Part shown: positions 24,304-38,479 of the stretch, one piece after another | Layout: each line of letters starts with the position of its first letter | Numbering within the stretch: position 1 is the stretch's first letter | NCBI GenBank assembly: GCA_002189035.1 | Contig: NEEC01000011.1 | Location: 124,001 to 188,000, forward strand | Source: Utricularia gibba | Taxonomy: Eukaryota; Plantae; Magnoliophyta | Direction: 5' to 3' | Length of the DNA stretch: 64,000 nt | Translations under genes and position numbers: made by a program | The notes under the pieces: generated by a model | Seen by the model: the letters and a program-made list of their open reading frames with translations, nothing else | What the model was told of the DNA's origin: nothing | The model's database searches: none

Positions 24304-25091
24304 GAAAGAGAGGAGATGTTATTTTCAAATGTGTATAAGCAATAAGCTACATGTGGCATATGCTCAAACATGCCACTTAATGATAGTTGACCCTCCTCCA
24401 CATTAGACACCAGAAAAAATATAAATTTCTTTCATACCTAAGGACTCTATACATTAGCTGAATCATCACAGGCTATGCAAGAATGACCAAAATCAATCGT
24501 ATTTTGATAGATTAATGTACCTACAACCTCACCTAGGACGAGGTCCTACAATGTTTAGGCATCATTCTTCAAAACAGTGGTAGTTTTTTATTTTGGAATT
24601 CAAGTTGACTTGACTAAACTATTCATTTTCTTGTTTGCAAAACAGAAAATGCTAACACTAATAAATCTAAAAAACATAGGGAGGTAAGTTATACCTCTAT
24701 TCTTGGACTCATTGTCATTAGGGTTGAAAGTTGGGCCGGGCCGGGTCGGCCCGGCCCTAATTTAAAGGGCTCCCGCCAAAAATCGGGCTAGGGTCGGGCT
24801 GAAGCCCACGGGCTTACCGTACAATACATAAAATATTTTATAAATTATTCAATATTAATATTAATATTCATTGAATACTTTACATAAAATAAATTAAAAT
24901 TAATATATGAATTCTCAATTCATATAACCTATTCAAAAAATAACATAATCCATGAAAACATAATTAAAATTATCTTAAACCAAAAAAATGATAACATTAC
25001 ATCAAAATATCAATCATTATTTGAATCTTGTGTATATGCTTGAGTATCTTCCATCTCCATATCTTCATTTGTTTCAATAAAACATATAAAT

Positions 25092-28000
25092 TCAAAATAT
25101 GTTATTAAAATCAATATGCACAATTAATAAAAAAATAAATATTAATAAGAAATGATTACCTGAAGTATCAAATTCCTTAAATCCATGTAACCAATTATGT
25201 GCACAAATAAGAGATTGCATCGTATTTGGAAGTAATCTACTTCTATACTTACTCAAAATGCGACTTCCAATACTAAAAGTGGACTCTGAAGCAACTGTAG
25301 TGATTGGAATACTAAGAATATCTTTTGCCATCACTGATAATTTAGGAAAACGATAACTGTTCTTCCTCCAATGATCTAGAACATTTATATCAGAATCATC
25401 ATCTCCGTTCTCCATATCCAAATATATATCAAGTTCACATTTACCCTTACTTGAAAGTCGTTGTTTTATTTCTTTGCGATAATCCTACAATTGTACAAAG
25501 AAAAAAGTATGCACATTATAACAAATATTATGATAAATTAAATATATCAAGGTAAAAAATCAAACTTACCTCAAGAAAAAGCTTAGAAGAAGATGTACTT
25601 GAGCCTTTTAACTTTGAGCATTCTTGTGCATATGAACTGGAATCTTTCAATATATTTACACTAGATTGATCAGATAATATCCACATTTGTTCATAAGCAT
25701 GAAATAATCTTCTCAATGCTGTTTTAACTCTATCTATCTTCTCTTCATAAGTATAAGGATCAAGTTTTTCATAATAATATCTTAGAAATTCCAATTTTAT
25801 ATTTGGATCAAGAACACATCCAAATGCAAGAGTGATATAATACTCATCCCAATACTTATCAAATTTCTCTTTCATTGCTAATATCATTGTTTTTATCACT
25901 TCATCTGTGCAACTTGAAAGTTCTTTAAGCTTCAATTCAATCATTGTAACCTGTATAAAATACAAGTTGGAAGTGGGATACTGTGATCCTGATATCAAAT
26001 TTGTAATCTCATAAAATGGTCCCAATAGATCACAAATCTTCATTGCTCTCTCCCATTCATCTTTGGTAAGACTAATAAGAGAATTACCAGTACTATAGCA
26101 TAAAGCAGTAATTGCAAGACGATACTTTAAGGCAGTTTGTAACATCAAATAAGTATAATATCATCTAGTAGGTAAATCTAACTTTAAGAAACTACCACTA
26201 ACATCTTCCAAGTGCTCATCCCTGACATACTTTTCAAATTCTCTCATTCTATCTTGAGAAGATCTAACATATTTAACACAATCTCTAATTTTTTTCAAAG
26301 CAATATCTGTCACTTTCAATCCCTGGTGGTAATTCTACAAGTGTTATTCTAAAGTAGTGCTACTCGGTAACCGTTATAGCACCGCCCTTGTTTTGTGGGA
26401 TTATGAAATCAACCACGCCACCAGAGCCATTTCACCTCTTGTGATAACTCATGTTTTCACCACACCCAAATCTAACCCCTACACCTCACACCTCGCAAAC
26501 AGATTAGACATAATGTGCCTTACCAACGATGTCCGATTGAGCTCTTCTCCTTAGGTGCTTGAGGCCAACCTTTGATTCTCCCACCCCCTTAGAGCTATAT
26601 GGTACTAAAGATCACGTTGGTAAAGAAAACGTTGCGAAAAATAGAATCAGACCTCAAATTAAATGCTGAAAAACATGGTAAGACAGTCACACGCGCAGAA
26701 CTTGCGCAAGCAAGGCTTCACAGCAGATCCTCAGCCACAAGCGCTCACATGCGCATGCTAGACTCTAAACAACAAAAGTTGATGAAAAACAAAGGGAAAG
26801 GAATCCAAAACATGCTAGACTCGACTCTAAACCCTAGATTGACTCTTTGGTCATCCACCAATTGACTGCTCTTTGATCTTCGCGTTTGGATCTTTATATA
26901 ATGGTGGGGACTTATCGGGATTTTTTAATGGGCTCACATCAAATCTTCTATCTGAATCTTCTAAGATTTGATACAAATCTTTTAGGATAAGATTCAACTT
27001 TTCTAAGATAAGATGCGAATCTTATCTTATCCGAGAATCTTTGACCAAGTCTTCATCTAGATAAACCAAATCTTAGCCTCCATCAAAGTAGCTCAAAAAT
27101 CCTCCAAATTATGCCAAAATTATCCTGAAAAATCACAAAACGTACTTTCCCTCCAAAAAGATCAAAGTGGTATGAAAGATATAAAATTCTTCTAACAACA
27201 TAGGAAAAGTAGGATAAAAAGAATGCAAAACCCATCTAAGTGGATCCTAAAAAGCTCAAATATAAGTGACACAAAATCATTTATCAATCCCTCTTGAACA
27301 ATCAAATTCAAGATATGTGCACAACATCTTATATGAAAAAAATTACCATCACATAATAACCCATTCTGCAGTTGAAACCTTTCTTTTAAAATTCTGATCA
27401 TACTGTCATTGGAAGTTGCATTATCCAGTGTGATTGAAAGATTTTTGAATCTATTCGCCAATCTCTCAATACTCCATATAGTTTACCTGCTAATAACTCT
27501 CCAGTATGTGGACCATCCAATTCCACAAATGCAAGCAATTTAGAGTTCAATTTCCAATTTTCATCAACATAATGAGCAGTCACAATCATATATCCTTCAA
27601 TAGTAACAGATGTCCAAGTATTTGATGTCAAAGAAATTCTTCCAGAAATAGAGGACAATAAAGATTTCAATTTTTCCTTCTCATTGGCATAGATTTTCAT
27701 ACAATCAGCTCTTGCAGTAATTCTACTAATAGATCTAAAATCAGGATTCAGAATTCTATTTGCAGCATTAACTCCTTCATATTCAGCATAAGAAAATGGA
27801 AGATCATGCATGATAATTGGTCTTGCTACTGAATCTCAAAATTCATTATGATCAAATTTTTCTTTTCTAACCAAAGTAGTTTGACCACTAAGTAAAGAAC
27901 TTACATCATGAAATTTTGGAGACTTCAAACAACTTCGAGAATGCCTTAATAAGTGAGATATACCTGACTTGCCACCACAAGTCAACATTTTCTTGCAATA

Positions 28001-28201
28001 ATTGCAATTGCACATTTCTACACCATTAACTTTTCCAATTTTCTCAAAATGATGTCATACTTCAAACTTGGGCTTCTTAGATAATGGCATAGTATCACTG
28101 ACATTTTCTGAATCCTTTCCAATAGAAGATGTCAGAGATGGCCAAGATGATCGTAATATTTGCAAATCACAACTATCTTCTTCAACATTATTCATATCCA
28201 T
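25092..28201 (-). pseudogene. hAT transposase pseudogene (BED finger, DDE core, dimerisation domain)
   Basis: CNCNYCKK...HLLRHSRSC (BED), MHDLPFSYAE, SLTSNTWTS (catalytic D>N), [29 protein letters not shown], and TTVASESTFS...RSRLLP...NWL. Stops at 28055-28057, 27836-27838 and 26161-26163, a 1-bp frameshift near 27440, and a solo LTR insertion. Confidence 0.93.
26324..27286 (-). mobile_element. Solo LTR, family B copy 2, inserted in the hAT transposase
   Basis: TG...CA termini with a perfect 5-bp TSD ATCCC (26319-26323 and 27287-27291). Removing it restores in-frame ...IVQEG|LKVTDIALKKIR. Confidence 0.95.
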
Positions 28202-28699
28202 CCTAACATGTAAAAATAAACATATAAAAATGATAAAAAAAAATAAAGACGATATAAAAAATAGAATCATAGGATAATTACATTGAATGCATATCAAAAA
28301 AATTTGTACCTAATCAATTATTTATGGAGGCTGCTGATGTATTTTCGAGCCCTAAGCCCAATCAGCCCTAAGGGCTTCGAGCTTCGAGCTTCGGGCTCCA
28401 AAGCCTGATCAAGTTTCGGGTCATCAATATTTAGGCCCAAGCCCGACGTTTTTAGGGCTGGGCCAGGCCGGCCCACGAGCTTGGGCCTTGAGTTTCATCC
28501 CTAGTTGTCATCTCAATCTCCTTCAACAAGCACAAGTCTAGAAGTAGATGAATCTAGAGTGCCAAAACTAGGAACCAAATGCTTGGATCATGCATTAGGT
28601 TTTATGGACTTTTTGCAACCCAACTGTGTTGATTGTAGATTTTAGTTAAGCATTTCTATTGGTGAAAATGCATGATTGACTACAACCCTACATCACCTC

Positions 28700-29350
28700 G
28701 AAGGCAATGAGCCAGAGAAATAGCCTTGTTGGATGGAAGACAGGGGAATTTTAGATCAAAGATTGGCAAAAATTCCCTTGTCTAAACCAATTAGAGTTGA
28801 GGTAGCATTACCAATGCATTGCCACTGTGAGCATTAGGTGTTGGAAAGCTTGTGTAGGGAGATTTCTAGACTTTGATGAATGAATGTTAAAATGGGTTGA
28901 GATCTCCCCAAATTCTTTAGTCCCGCCAATTTGAATACTCTATACATCATACAAATGAAGGACATCATCCATGGTGGGTGCAATGTTGTGCCTATGCACC
29001 AAATGTGGATATCTGAAATAAGATAGTGAAAACACGGAGACGAAGAGCATAGATTCCTATCCTCAATGTTATCATAAAGCTTGTGATGAATGAGACTAGC
29101 TGGAAACCGTAGCCCAACATTAAAGGCACCCAAATGTAGGAGGGCACCTTCTGAAGGAATCCTAACACATGATGGTGGTGTAGGCTATGGGAAGGTGCTA
29201 ATCTTACTTTAGAACCCCATGGTGGCTGAAATATGAAATCTCATTGAGATTTTTAGGGACCAGCAATTTACACTTAGTATAGGTGGGTGCCATGAGAGTA
29301 AAATTCGAAAAAGCAAATTGAAAGCCAAAACATCATCTCCCTACGCATCA
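28700..29350 (-). pseudogene. Second decayed PF04195-like accessory ORF fragment
   Basis: LHLGAFNVGLRFPA motif in ORF 29133-28834; otherwise degenerate. Boundaries are approximate. Confidence 0.35.
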
Positions 29351-29397
29351 AATTGATGATTGATTTAATGCATCAGACAGCCAAATTTTGGGAAGGA

Positions 29398-30759
29398 TGA
29401 TGACACACGTTTTCTTTGCATTTTATGATGCAAAATTGTTATGTTTTACTGTGATTTAGGTTAGCTTTGTGTGATTTTTCATGTTTTATGTGTTGTTTAT
29501 GTTAATTTTGTGCTTATGTTGAAACGTAGGCTAAATCCTTTAATTTAGTCCACCACTTTTGTTACTGATGTTTAATTAAGTTCAGCAGGAAGATTAGCAG
29601 TAAAAATCAAACTATGAGACGTGTTGATCAAGTTAAAGAGGCGCAACATCCAAAGGGAGACAAAGAGCACTGTTCTACCGCCTACAATCTGCAAGTTCAG
29701 GCTCAAAACAATACTAGTGTCAAGAACAATGCAATGCAGTAATGGAGGAGAGATCTTTTTAGAGGAGAGAGAGACCTCATAGTAGAGAGAGAGCTCCAAC
29801 AGCATGCACACGAGGGCTCCTCCAACACAATGAACATTGAACCCAAAAGAGGAAGAAGAGGATTCTGAGGGAGGAGACCCTTAAATTTGAAGAGCACCAC
29901 CAAGACCCAGTTCAATGCTATTGTTCCAGACGGTGAACAGTAGCAAACAGGCATCAGAACAATTTATACTTTCTTTTCGTTTACTGAATGTTTTGAGTTT
30001 CTGTAACTCACTTACTTACAATGCTTCTGTTATTTTCGCCACATTATCTGAATGATATCATGTTTTATCTTCCAAGTATGAGTAGCTAAAACTGTAGGGA
30101 TGCCTTAAGGTAAAGCGTGGTGATGTGGATCTTGGGTTCATAACATAATTCATCATTGTCACTTAGCTTTTGTTTCTATCATTTCATGGGTAGACCTAAG
30201 GAGGGAAATGAATAGCTTTGCAACTTAGATGCTTGATTAAAAAGTAGAACAACAAATCAAAGTGGGGACAGTAGATATTAGTCCAAGGTAGAAGCAGTAG
30301 AATCAGATAGATCTAGTTTTATATATTTTGCACGTGGGTAGACCTAATTACAAAGTTAGTGATGATATTGGGGACTTTCTTAGCCGAAGACATGATGAAT
30401 GATCTGAGTAGATTTAGGTTGTTCGGAGTTGTGAGTATAGGAACATAATAAATTAAATTAGGCATCTTAGCACCACACCACCTGCATACATTTGAGGCAT
30501 CTTAGAATTACTTTGTATTAGAACCAATATATGTTATTGAACTTGCCTATTACTGTTAGTTTGTACTTAGACTAAGAACCACTGTTATTCTGAATTTCGC
30601 ATCACGAAAAATATATGAAGCATCAGCTCTTTGTGATCGATCCTGAATTTCACTTTACATTTTGTGCTTAACTTGTATTTTTTGAGGATTAGGGATTATA
30701 AATTTATTTGATACAAAAATTTGATTTTATTGCAACAATTCAAAAAATTTTGTTTATCA
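29398..30759 (+). mobile_element. Solo LTR, family A
   Basis: Starts TGATGACACAC and ends TTTGTTTATCA. TSD AAGGA/AAGGG. Homologous to 39499-40942. Confidence 0.85.
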
Positions 30760-31080
30760 AAGGGCTTACAAAAGCGAGCTAACCTTAGACCCCGAATTTT
30801 CAGCATTGAGACTTGATCTTGTTTATTGAACTTGCATACTACTATTAGTTTGAAGTTAGACTAAGAACCACTGGTATTCCAAATTTTGGATCACGAAAAA
30901 TACATAGCAAGCATCAACTCTTTGTGATCGACCCCCAAATTCCACTTTACATTTTGTGTTTAACTTGTATTTTGTGAGGATTAGGGATTATAAATTTATT
31001 TGATATGAAAATTTGATTTTATTACAACACTTCAAAAATTTCCGTTTATTAAAGGACTTTCAAAAGCAAGCTAACCCTTG
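30540..31080 (+). repeat. Diverged tandem duplication (~290-bp period) of the LTR 3' end plus flanking DNA
   Basis: 30540-30787 and 30829-31078 align, including the post-LTR flank (aagggcttacaaaagcgagctaacc vs aaggactttcaaaagcaagctaacc). Confidence 0.85.
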
Positions 31081-34000
31081 ATGGGTGGGTGCCTTACCCT
31101 TAAATATGCCTTGTTTCCGAAACCTAGAAAACTTCCTTATCATAGTAAGGTTGAACCCCGAGACAAACCAGTAGTTGAATGAGACACAAGGGTATAATAG
31201 TATGGAGAAGAAAAAATAGCACTAGGCACTTGTTGGTATTTTCCCCACTACCTTTGTCCTCATGCGACCATGTTAAGCATTACTCAACGAGTTGAGTTGT
31301 AAGGACCATAAGCTTGATGAGACACACTTGTTCCAATGTGGGTCCATTATGGGTGATATGAGACTACCCTAATATGATTTTTCTCCCAATAAATTGATGA
31401 TAAAATATTCACCATCGATTAGGACCTAACAAGCAAGACAACATAAGACTGTCCTTCCAATGCATTCATCTAGGTAGTCAATCGAGGGTCAGCAACTTTA
31501 TTCCAAAATGAGGAATATATTGTAGTTCGAAAAGGATATAGCCATGATAAATGGAAATATTCATATCATTCCAAAATAACTAAACTCCATACCAAATAAA
31601 TTTATAAAACAAAATTCTAAATCAAACACATCAAATGTGACATAATGGAATCATGGTCCAACATAAGAAACTTTGTACTTGTTGCATCAAGGTTAATGCA
31701 TTATATCTTCTCACTATAGATGGATACGCCTTTGCCAGAACAATAGATGGATAATCATGAACTTGATTATCCAATAAAAATCTCTAGTCTACCCAGCTAG
31801 TTTTTCCAAACTTTTGGTATACATCTAGGTAAATTTAATTATCCAAGTTGGGTAGACCTGATTATCCAAGTCATCTTTTCCTCTCTGGAATCCATCCAGG
31901 TTTCGCAAGAAAAAAATGAATATAAGCGATTATAGTGGACTAGAAAGCTATGAGCAAGCCTGCCCATTTCTACCCTAAGTGTCATGTTTTGTTTAGCTAC
32001 TTTGGCTGAACATAAACAAAATGAACATGTTGAACTGCATTAATGACATGCACATAATCCAAGTCTACCAAACATAAAATAAACAATAATGTCGAGTAGA
32101 ATAAATTCTACATAAGAAAGTAATATGTTTTCACTATACTCTTAGTTGGGAGTAGTATTTTTGTGTTTGACTTCTTCAGATGATCCAATAAAAATATATC
32201 TTCTTCTCTTGCATCTCCTTGTTTTTTGATTTCTTTCTTCTTCTCCTCTTCTTTTTGTCTCTTGGATCTAATGTTTGAAATTTTTTCCTCTCCCTTATTT
32301 TCACTCTTTCTCCCTTCCTGTTTGTTCTACTTAGATAGTTTCTAAATTCAAAGGTTTTTCATGCAATAAACACCACATGACAAATAACTCATGCTTGTAC
32401 AGTAAATTCAATCTAAAAAATGATGGCTAAAGGCATAGTAGAAATCAACAAATGAACATATCACATCAGAGGATTGGTGAATAAATTAACCTTACTTCTC
32501 CCTCATGAATTGGTTCTAGGTCTTCTGATTCTACTATTATATCTCTTTCTCCATTTTTTGGATTCTTTGAGATTTCTTCAATTGCTTCGAAGGTTTTGAC
32601 TTCAGGTAAACATTTTCCTCTACTCATACAAGTGCTTCTTTACCCATCTTTCTCCTAATTTTTGCTTTCTTTTTACCCATTGTCTTTCTTCCTTTCTTCT
32701 TCCAAGCCATGACTTGTGATGCACATCAAGTCTTTACTCCATTACCTACTTGCCCTTGCCTTTGTAACTCTACTAAAAATCAAGTGCTTCAATTCCTTGC
32801 TTCGTCGCTCTACTTCACAAGACTCTCCTGCTTGTAGGGCAAGTAGTCTTCCCAGATGTGCAGCATGCAAAATGGCTTCCAGCCCTTGAAATTTTTCCTT
32901 TGTCACTCTCAATGCGTCGTGTTATTTATAAGTGGGAGCAATAGTAGTTGTCTTTTCAATTTTCCCCTTTCTAGCTACATTCAACCATAATTTTCTTGCT
33001 AGCTTTTTCCACAATAGTGCTCCAAAATTGACATTTTGCTAGCATTACATGCCTTTTTCTTTTTGCAATCTTTTTGCTAGAATTTACTTCTTGATTCACA
33101 AAGATCAATTCAAAAGGCCTTGGGGGTAATTATTTAAAAGTTTAAAATCTAATCATAAAGAAAAATACTCCTCTATTAACTATAAGTTAAATTCCTTTCT
33201 TTTCCATATGTATTAGCTTCTCTTCTTCCTTTTTTTCTAATAGGAACTACGAAGTAAAAAGAAAATATCAATGGCAAAGAAATTGCACATGTCGAATGGA
33301 TCAAAGAGGGTAGGTTCCCCTTCAAATTATTCGAGCTAAAATTGATTATTGATGTTACGATTCACCCTCGCCTTGCATGATATTTTCCGCATAGAACACC
33401 CAACCCTCACAATTTTATGTTCTACCCTCCTGGGAAAAAGATCTCGTGCATGTCCCCCCCCCCTCCTATCCATAACCAATGTGGGATACTGTACTATCAT
33501 TGGACCTTTGGCCTTACAATTTTTCTTATACATTTTGAACTATCCATGGCGTATCAAGCATAAAAATTTGGATTTTTTTGAATAATAACTCCCACCTTGA
33601 TAATAAATTATCCTAAACTGTTAAATGTGAATTTAAAATGGAAACACATCACTAAGTAAGATCACTGTTGTACAACATGATTGAAATTTTTTTTTGATTT
33701 CAAATTCATCAATACATCGATGTTGTGTCATATTTTAATGTATTTGAGTCAATTTCAATGTTAAAGTGTTGGAATTTAGTGAAGTTAAATAAGAAAAATG
33801 TCAAAATACACGGTCAAATTATTTTTAGTAGAAACATGATTTGGGCCATTTTTTACTTAGTCCAAGTGCATGTTGGGATTACTATTCATCCGAGCTCATG
33901 CTCACCTAACCCATTTGGGTTGGGCCATGTGATCAAACCAATATATGAAGTTGTTTTTTAGTACATGGGCAAAATAGGAATTATAGGTATACCATGAAGT

Positions 34001-35049
34001 TTGAGGGAAGTTAGCACAAAAAAAGGAAACAAGCAACAAGGACGTTATGCGAGAGAGAGTGTGGAGGCACTTTGGCTGGAGTGAGTGGATGAAGGAAAAG
34101 ATCTTCTACCTGGAGACATTTTCTCCCCTCAGTGTTTTATGCAATTTATGGTGAACTAGAGGGATGTAGAGGAGTTCCAAAAGTGCAACCAAGACCCAAA
34201 TAGAAGAGAAGGAGAGTTTCCAGTGACTTTAGTTCTAGTATGACACGGAACAAAACTTGGGCATTTAGATGTTCGGCTGAGCAAATTTGAGACAGTGAAA
34301 AAATAGAAGAAGTCTTGCAACCATGATGTTCGTAGAGAAGATGAAAAATACTGCAAAATCTTGACAATCATTTTATTTTCAACACCTTTAATTCTTGCAC
34401 TTTTTACTTCTTGCGCTTGCATGACATTAACATTTTTTGCTTTTAACAACTAGTTGTTTTGGATGTTTTATTCGAATGGAAGTGATTTTTGTTTATGTTA
34501 ATGTTTGCATGCACAACTCTAGACTAGAACTTGAAACTCAATGAATTTTTACTTGTTTACATGCAGCTCAATTTCAGATTAATAAAAGAGTTTACTATTT
34601 TCTATTTGAAATGCTGATGTATGCATTCTATTTCCTGCTTTCCAGTGTAGGAGTTATTAGAAGAATTTTATTACCTTAGTTAAAGTAGAAACTTTTTTTG
34701 TAGAAAAACCACCCTTTTTAATCCAACTTAAGTGCATAACCAACAACTGTGCTCTCTTGATTTGGACTTGTTCTTACTACATTAATATCTTTGTGAATTA
34801 TGTGTGGATTGAATGTTCAATATACAAATTATGTTTGATTGGGAAAACTTTTAGGCTTGAAATATCTATAGAATTTTTCACCACTAGCATCTCTCAAATA
34901 AATAAATTATCCCAATATAATATTTGAGGTCACTCTTGAGTTCTTCTCATGGTAGCCCATTCCTAGTGGTATCACTTTTATTGAAACAAAATTAGCAAGA
35001 TCGGAAAAGTAAGGTTCTCAATGATAGCATTCACAAAGAATAATTGTTC

Positions 35050-35660
35050 TTCAACAATGTTTCTGTGACAGAGTTACCATGCTTTTCCATGTTATCCTAC
35101 TAAGATGGTCAATTAACAGGTGATTTCTTCTAGATCTACCCAAGATTTCTTTTTTGGGTTCTAATAAGCCTCAGTTTGGAGTCTTTCTCTATCAAATGTT
35201 TCACCATCAAGTTGTTTGTCTAAATGACAACTTTGGTCCCTGAAAGTTAAGATCTAAATTTCTCTAAAGCAAATATAACAAATAAAACTATCTTTGGATT
35301 ACTATATGGCTTCTCATCATACACCTTTGGAAGGTGGCTAGGGCATTTCATAGGCATAGATTCCAAATGAGGAAGCAATGGTAATATTTTCCTAAAATAG
35401 AAACTTTTTTATATCTAAAATACCTATCCAAAAAAAATAAAATGATTTTCTTACTGATTTTTTAACATCTAATCAATGATAGGGAAAGGATAATTTTTTC
35501 ATCACTTCATTTTGATTCCTATAATCTATACATACTTGCCACCCATTTTGGACACTTTGTGGCATAAGTTCTCCTTTCTCATTTTCCACCACAATCAACC
35601 CCATCTAAATACCACATGGATTAACCTTGCCCACTTACTGTAAAAAATGGAATAGATAAT
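35050..35660 (-). mobile_element. Athila-type RT/RNase H remnant
   Basis: GELMPQSVQNGWQVCIDYRNQNEVMKK (RT start), and LEKFRS*LSGTKVVI...KDSKLRLIR...DHLSR (RNase H). Heavily deleted. Confidence 0.75.
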
Positions 35661-38479
35661 TTATGCATCATAAAACTTCACAATTTCCTTTTCTATGAAT
35701 AGATGTAGATCCCTCCTTCAAGAGAATTTTGTGCATACATATAGAAGGACAAATTCCTTCAATATCCCTTAGAATTCAATCAATTGCTTTCTTGTTCTTG
35801 ATTACCACCTCGATTAATTGTCTCTTGGTAAGAACTAAGACTATTAGAGTTGATAAAAAGGTTACTCATTTCCTCATCCAAGAATGCATACTAGAGATGG
35901 TAGACAATGCCTTCATTTTGGATATTCTCTATTCCAAGGTCTTAGTCCATATAGCATTTAGCTGCTTTGATGTTGTTTCATCATCCATTTTTGCAAAGAA
36001 TGATTCTTCATGAAACTCTTCCTTTTCTAGAATAGTTTTCTAAAAGCATTCAACTAACTTATCAATGACATCCACTAAAATAGTTCTTCATCAAAATACA
36101 ACTCGATAGTGCCCATCTTCACATTAATTATGGTATTTCAAGTGCTCAAAAGAGGCATACCAAAATTTATAGTAAAATAGTGGGTATGCCCCATAAAAAC
36201 CTCTTGAACTTTCGACAAGCATATTCACTACATAAAAATTAGTTGAAACACTTACTGTTCAACTTTCTCCAAAATATTTTCAACTAGTCACATAGGAGAG
36301 ATTACCCATTGATCTCAAAGCATGTAAGATCAAACATTGCTCTCCTTATATTCAAGTACCCAGTTTTACAAGGAATAAAAAAATTCCTTGATCCATGCTT
36401 TTCTTTGATAATTTCCATGTAAGAAGAGTTTAGCAAATCTCATTTAATTTTTCTTTTCTTTTATTTTTTAGCTTTTTTTAAACATGCATTGGTGTTTCAG
36501 TTATTTAACACTTTTTAGCACCAACTCAACATATTCTAAAAGCATCGAGTTCATTTGTGTGATACCTAAGGCTCTCAACATCTTCGCTTTCTTGTGTTGT
36601 TCCTCTTCTTGCTTTTAGCCTTCCAGGCAATAAATGTTGTGTTACCTTCACTATGATGGGTTCTGTAACAATCTCTAATTCATGTTCTTCTTCCACAATC
36701 ATTTCATATTTTTTCCCCATACCTATTTCACTCTCAGTTGGATTAACTCTATTCCAAGTTTTTCTTCCTTATTTCTCATTGTCATTGTGATGATATTTGG
36801 TCTTCCCCAAAAGTTTGGTTTATAAACTCATTAGTATTAAGCAAATATACGAAACATAAAAAGAAATTGTATTATTTACATATGTGAAATTGATATACTA
36901 AATATTACTTTGTACACAATTTTACATATTTAAGTTTATCTAAATTAAAATAATAAAAACTCATGAAAACCTGAACCAACCAACCAACCAAATGAGATTT
37001 GAATAATAATTCTGTATTGATTCAAGTATCCGAATTGAACCGAATGGCAAACAAGCTCAATATTTTCAGCCCATGTAAGAAATTTGCACCCAATTGATTG
37101 GTCACGGGTTTGCAATGTATCCATTGTGTTTCCCTCAATGGAAATAGACAAAAAATTGGCTTCAAATCTTGAGGAGTAAATTAGAAAAGCAGCTATCTAC
37201 CAATTTCTTATTGTTTAAATGACTCTATTTGGTAAACATTGGCAAATTAGCCCTATTTTGTATATTCATTTGCTAAATACATCTATTTTTTCTTCATACT
37301 ACATGATACCATATTTCACACATTAAAAATAACTAATTATACATAATACAAATACAAAACTAAATCTACATATTTAAAGTCTAATTGAAAACCACATTAA
37401 TTAATATATCAAAGGGCCATATGCAAGTAAAACTCACTTTGAGTCACAATATTAAAAAATACAAAACATACAGTCAAATACAAGTAATGAATCCAGTAAT
37501 AAAATAAGATATTGCATGAATTGCACCCATATATATAGACACCTTACTTTGCCACATGAAGCTTATGCATAATCAGCATCGTATAAATTTACAATTATTT
37601 TTTATTGTGCATACAGATACCTTTCATGCATAGGTTGCATTTGTATATTATTTGTGAATTTGTATAATTTTTGTTAGATATACAAAAATATTTCTTATTC
37701 CATTAAACAAAAAATAGTTTTTGTTATATCTGTTGATACATACACATGGGTATGGAAGCCATTATAAATACTATACATAAAAATAATTGCAATATATACA
37801 GAGACAATTTATGCATAAGATACATTGAGATATATATGATATATATACAGACTATATTTATGTATGATACCCATTTACTACAAAATTCATTAAACTCATT
37901 ATATACATAAATGATGTTCACATTTTTTTAATTTTGTTGAGAAGAAGCATAAGAGCTCAGCTTTTTCCATTACCTAATTTTTAGAAAAGATTTGAAAATG
38001 AATGTGATGCTTCTGGAGTTGGAATAAATACTATTCAAATGCAAGAAGAGCGGTCCACATTATACTTTAATGAAAAGCGAGGTGGAACCATGCTTGATTA
38101 CCCAACTTATGATAAGGAGTTGTGCTCATTGGTACGACCATTAAAAACTTGGAAACATTACCTATGGTATAGAGAGCTTGTCATCTATAGTGATCATAAG
38201 AGTTTGAAACATGTGAAGAGTCAAGTAAATCTCAATAGAAGACATGACAAATTGTTGAAATTCATAGATTCATCTCCATATGTTATCATATATATGAAAA
38301 GTAAAGAGAACATTGTTGTTGATGCATTATGACGAAGGTATACACTTTTGGCTACTGTTGATGGTCAAATGATGAGATTTTCAACGATAAATGAGTTTTA
38401 TACTCTTGATCACGGTTTTAATGATATCAAGCTTTCTTATAAGTATAAATTTCAAAACACTTATTATGGACAAGATGAC

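Larger units (their letters stand above)
24719..28503 (-). mobile_element. Complete Ac-like hAT DNA transposon (inactivated)
   Basis: TIRs are TAGGGTTGAAA (24719-24729) and TTTCATCCCTA (28493-28503, reverse complement TAGGGATGAAA). 8-bp TSD ATTGTCAT/GTTGTCAT. GGGCCG/GGGCT subterminal repeats at both ends. Confidence 0.93.
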
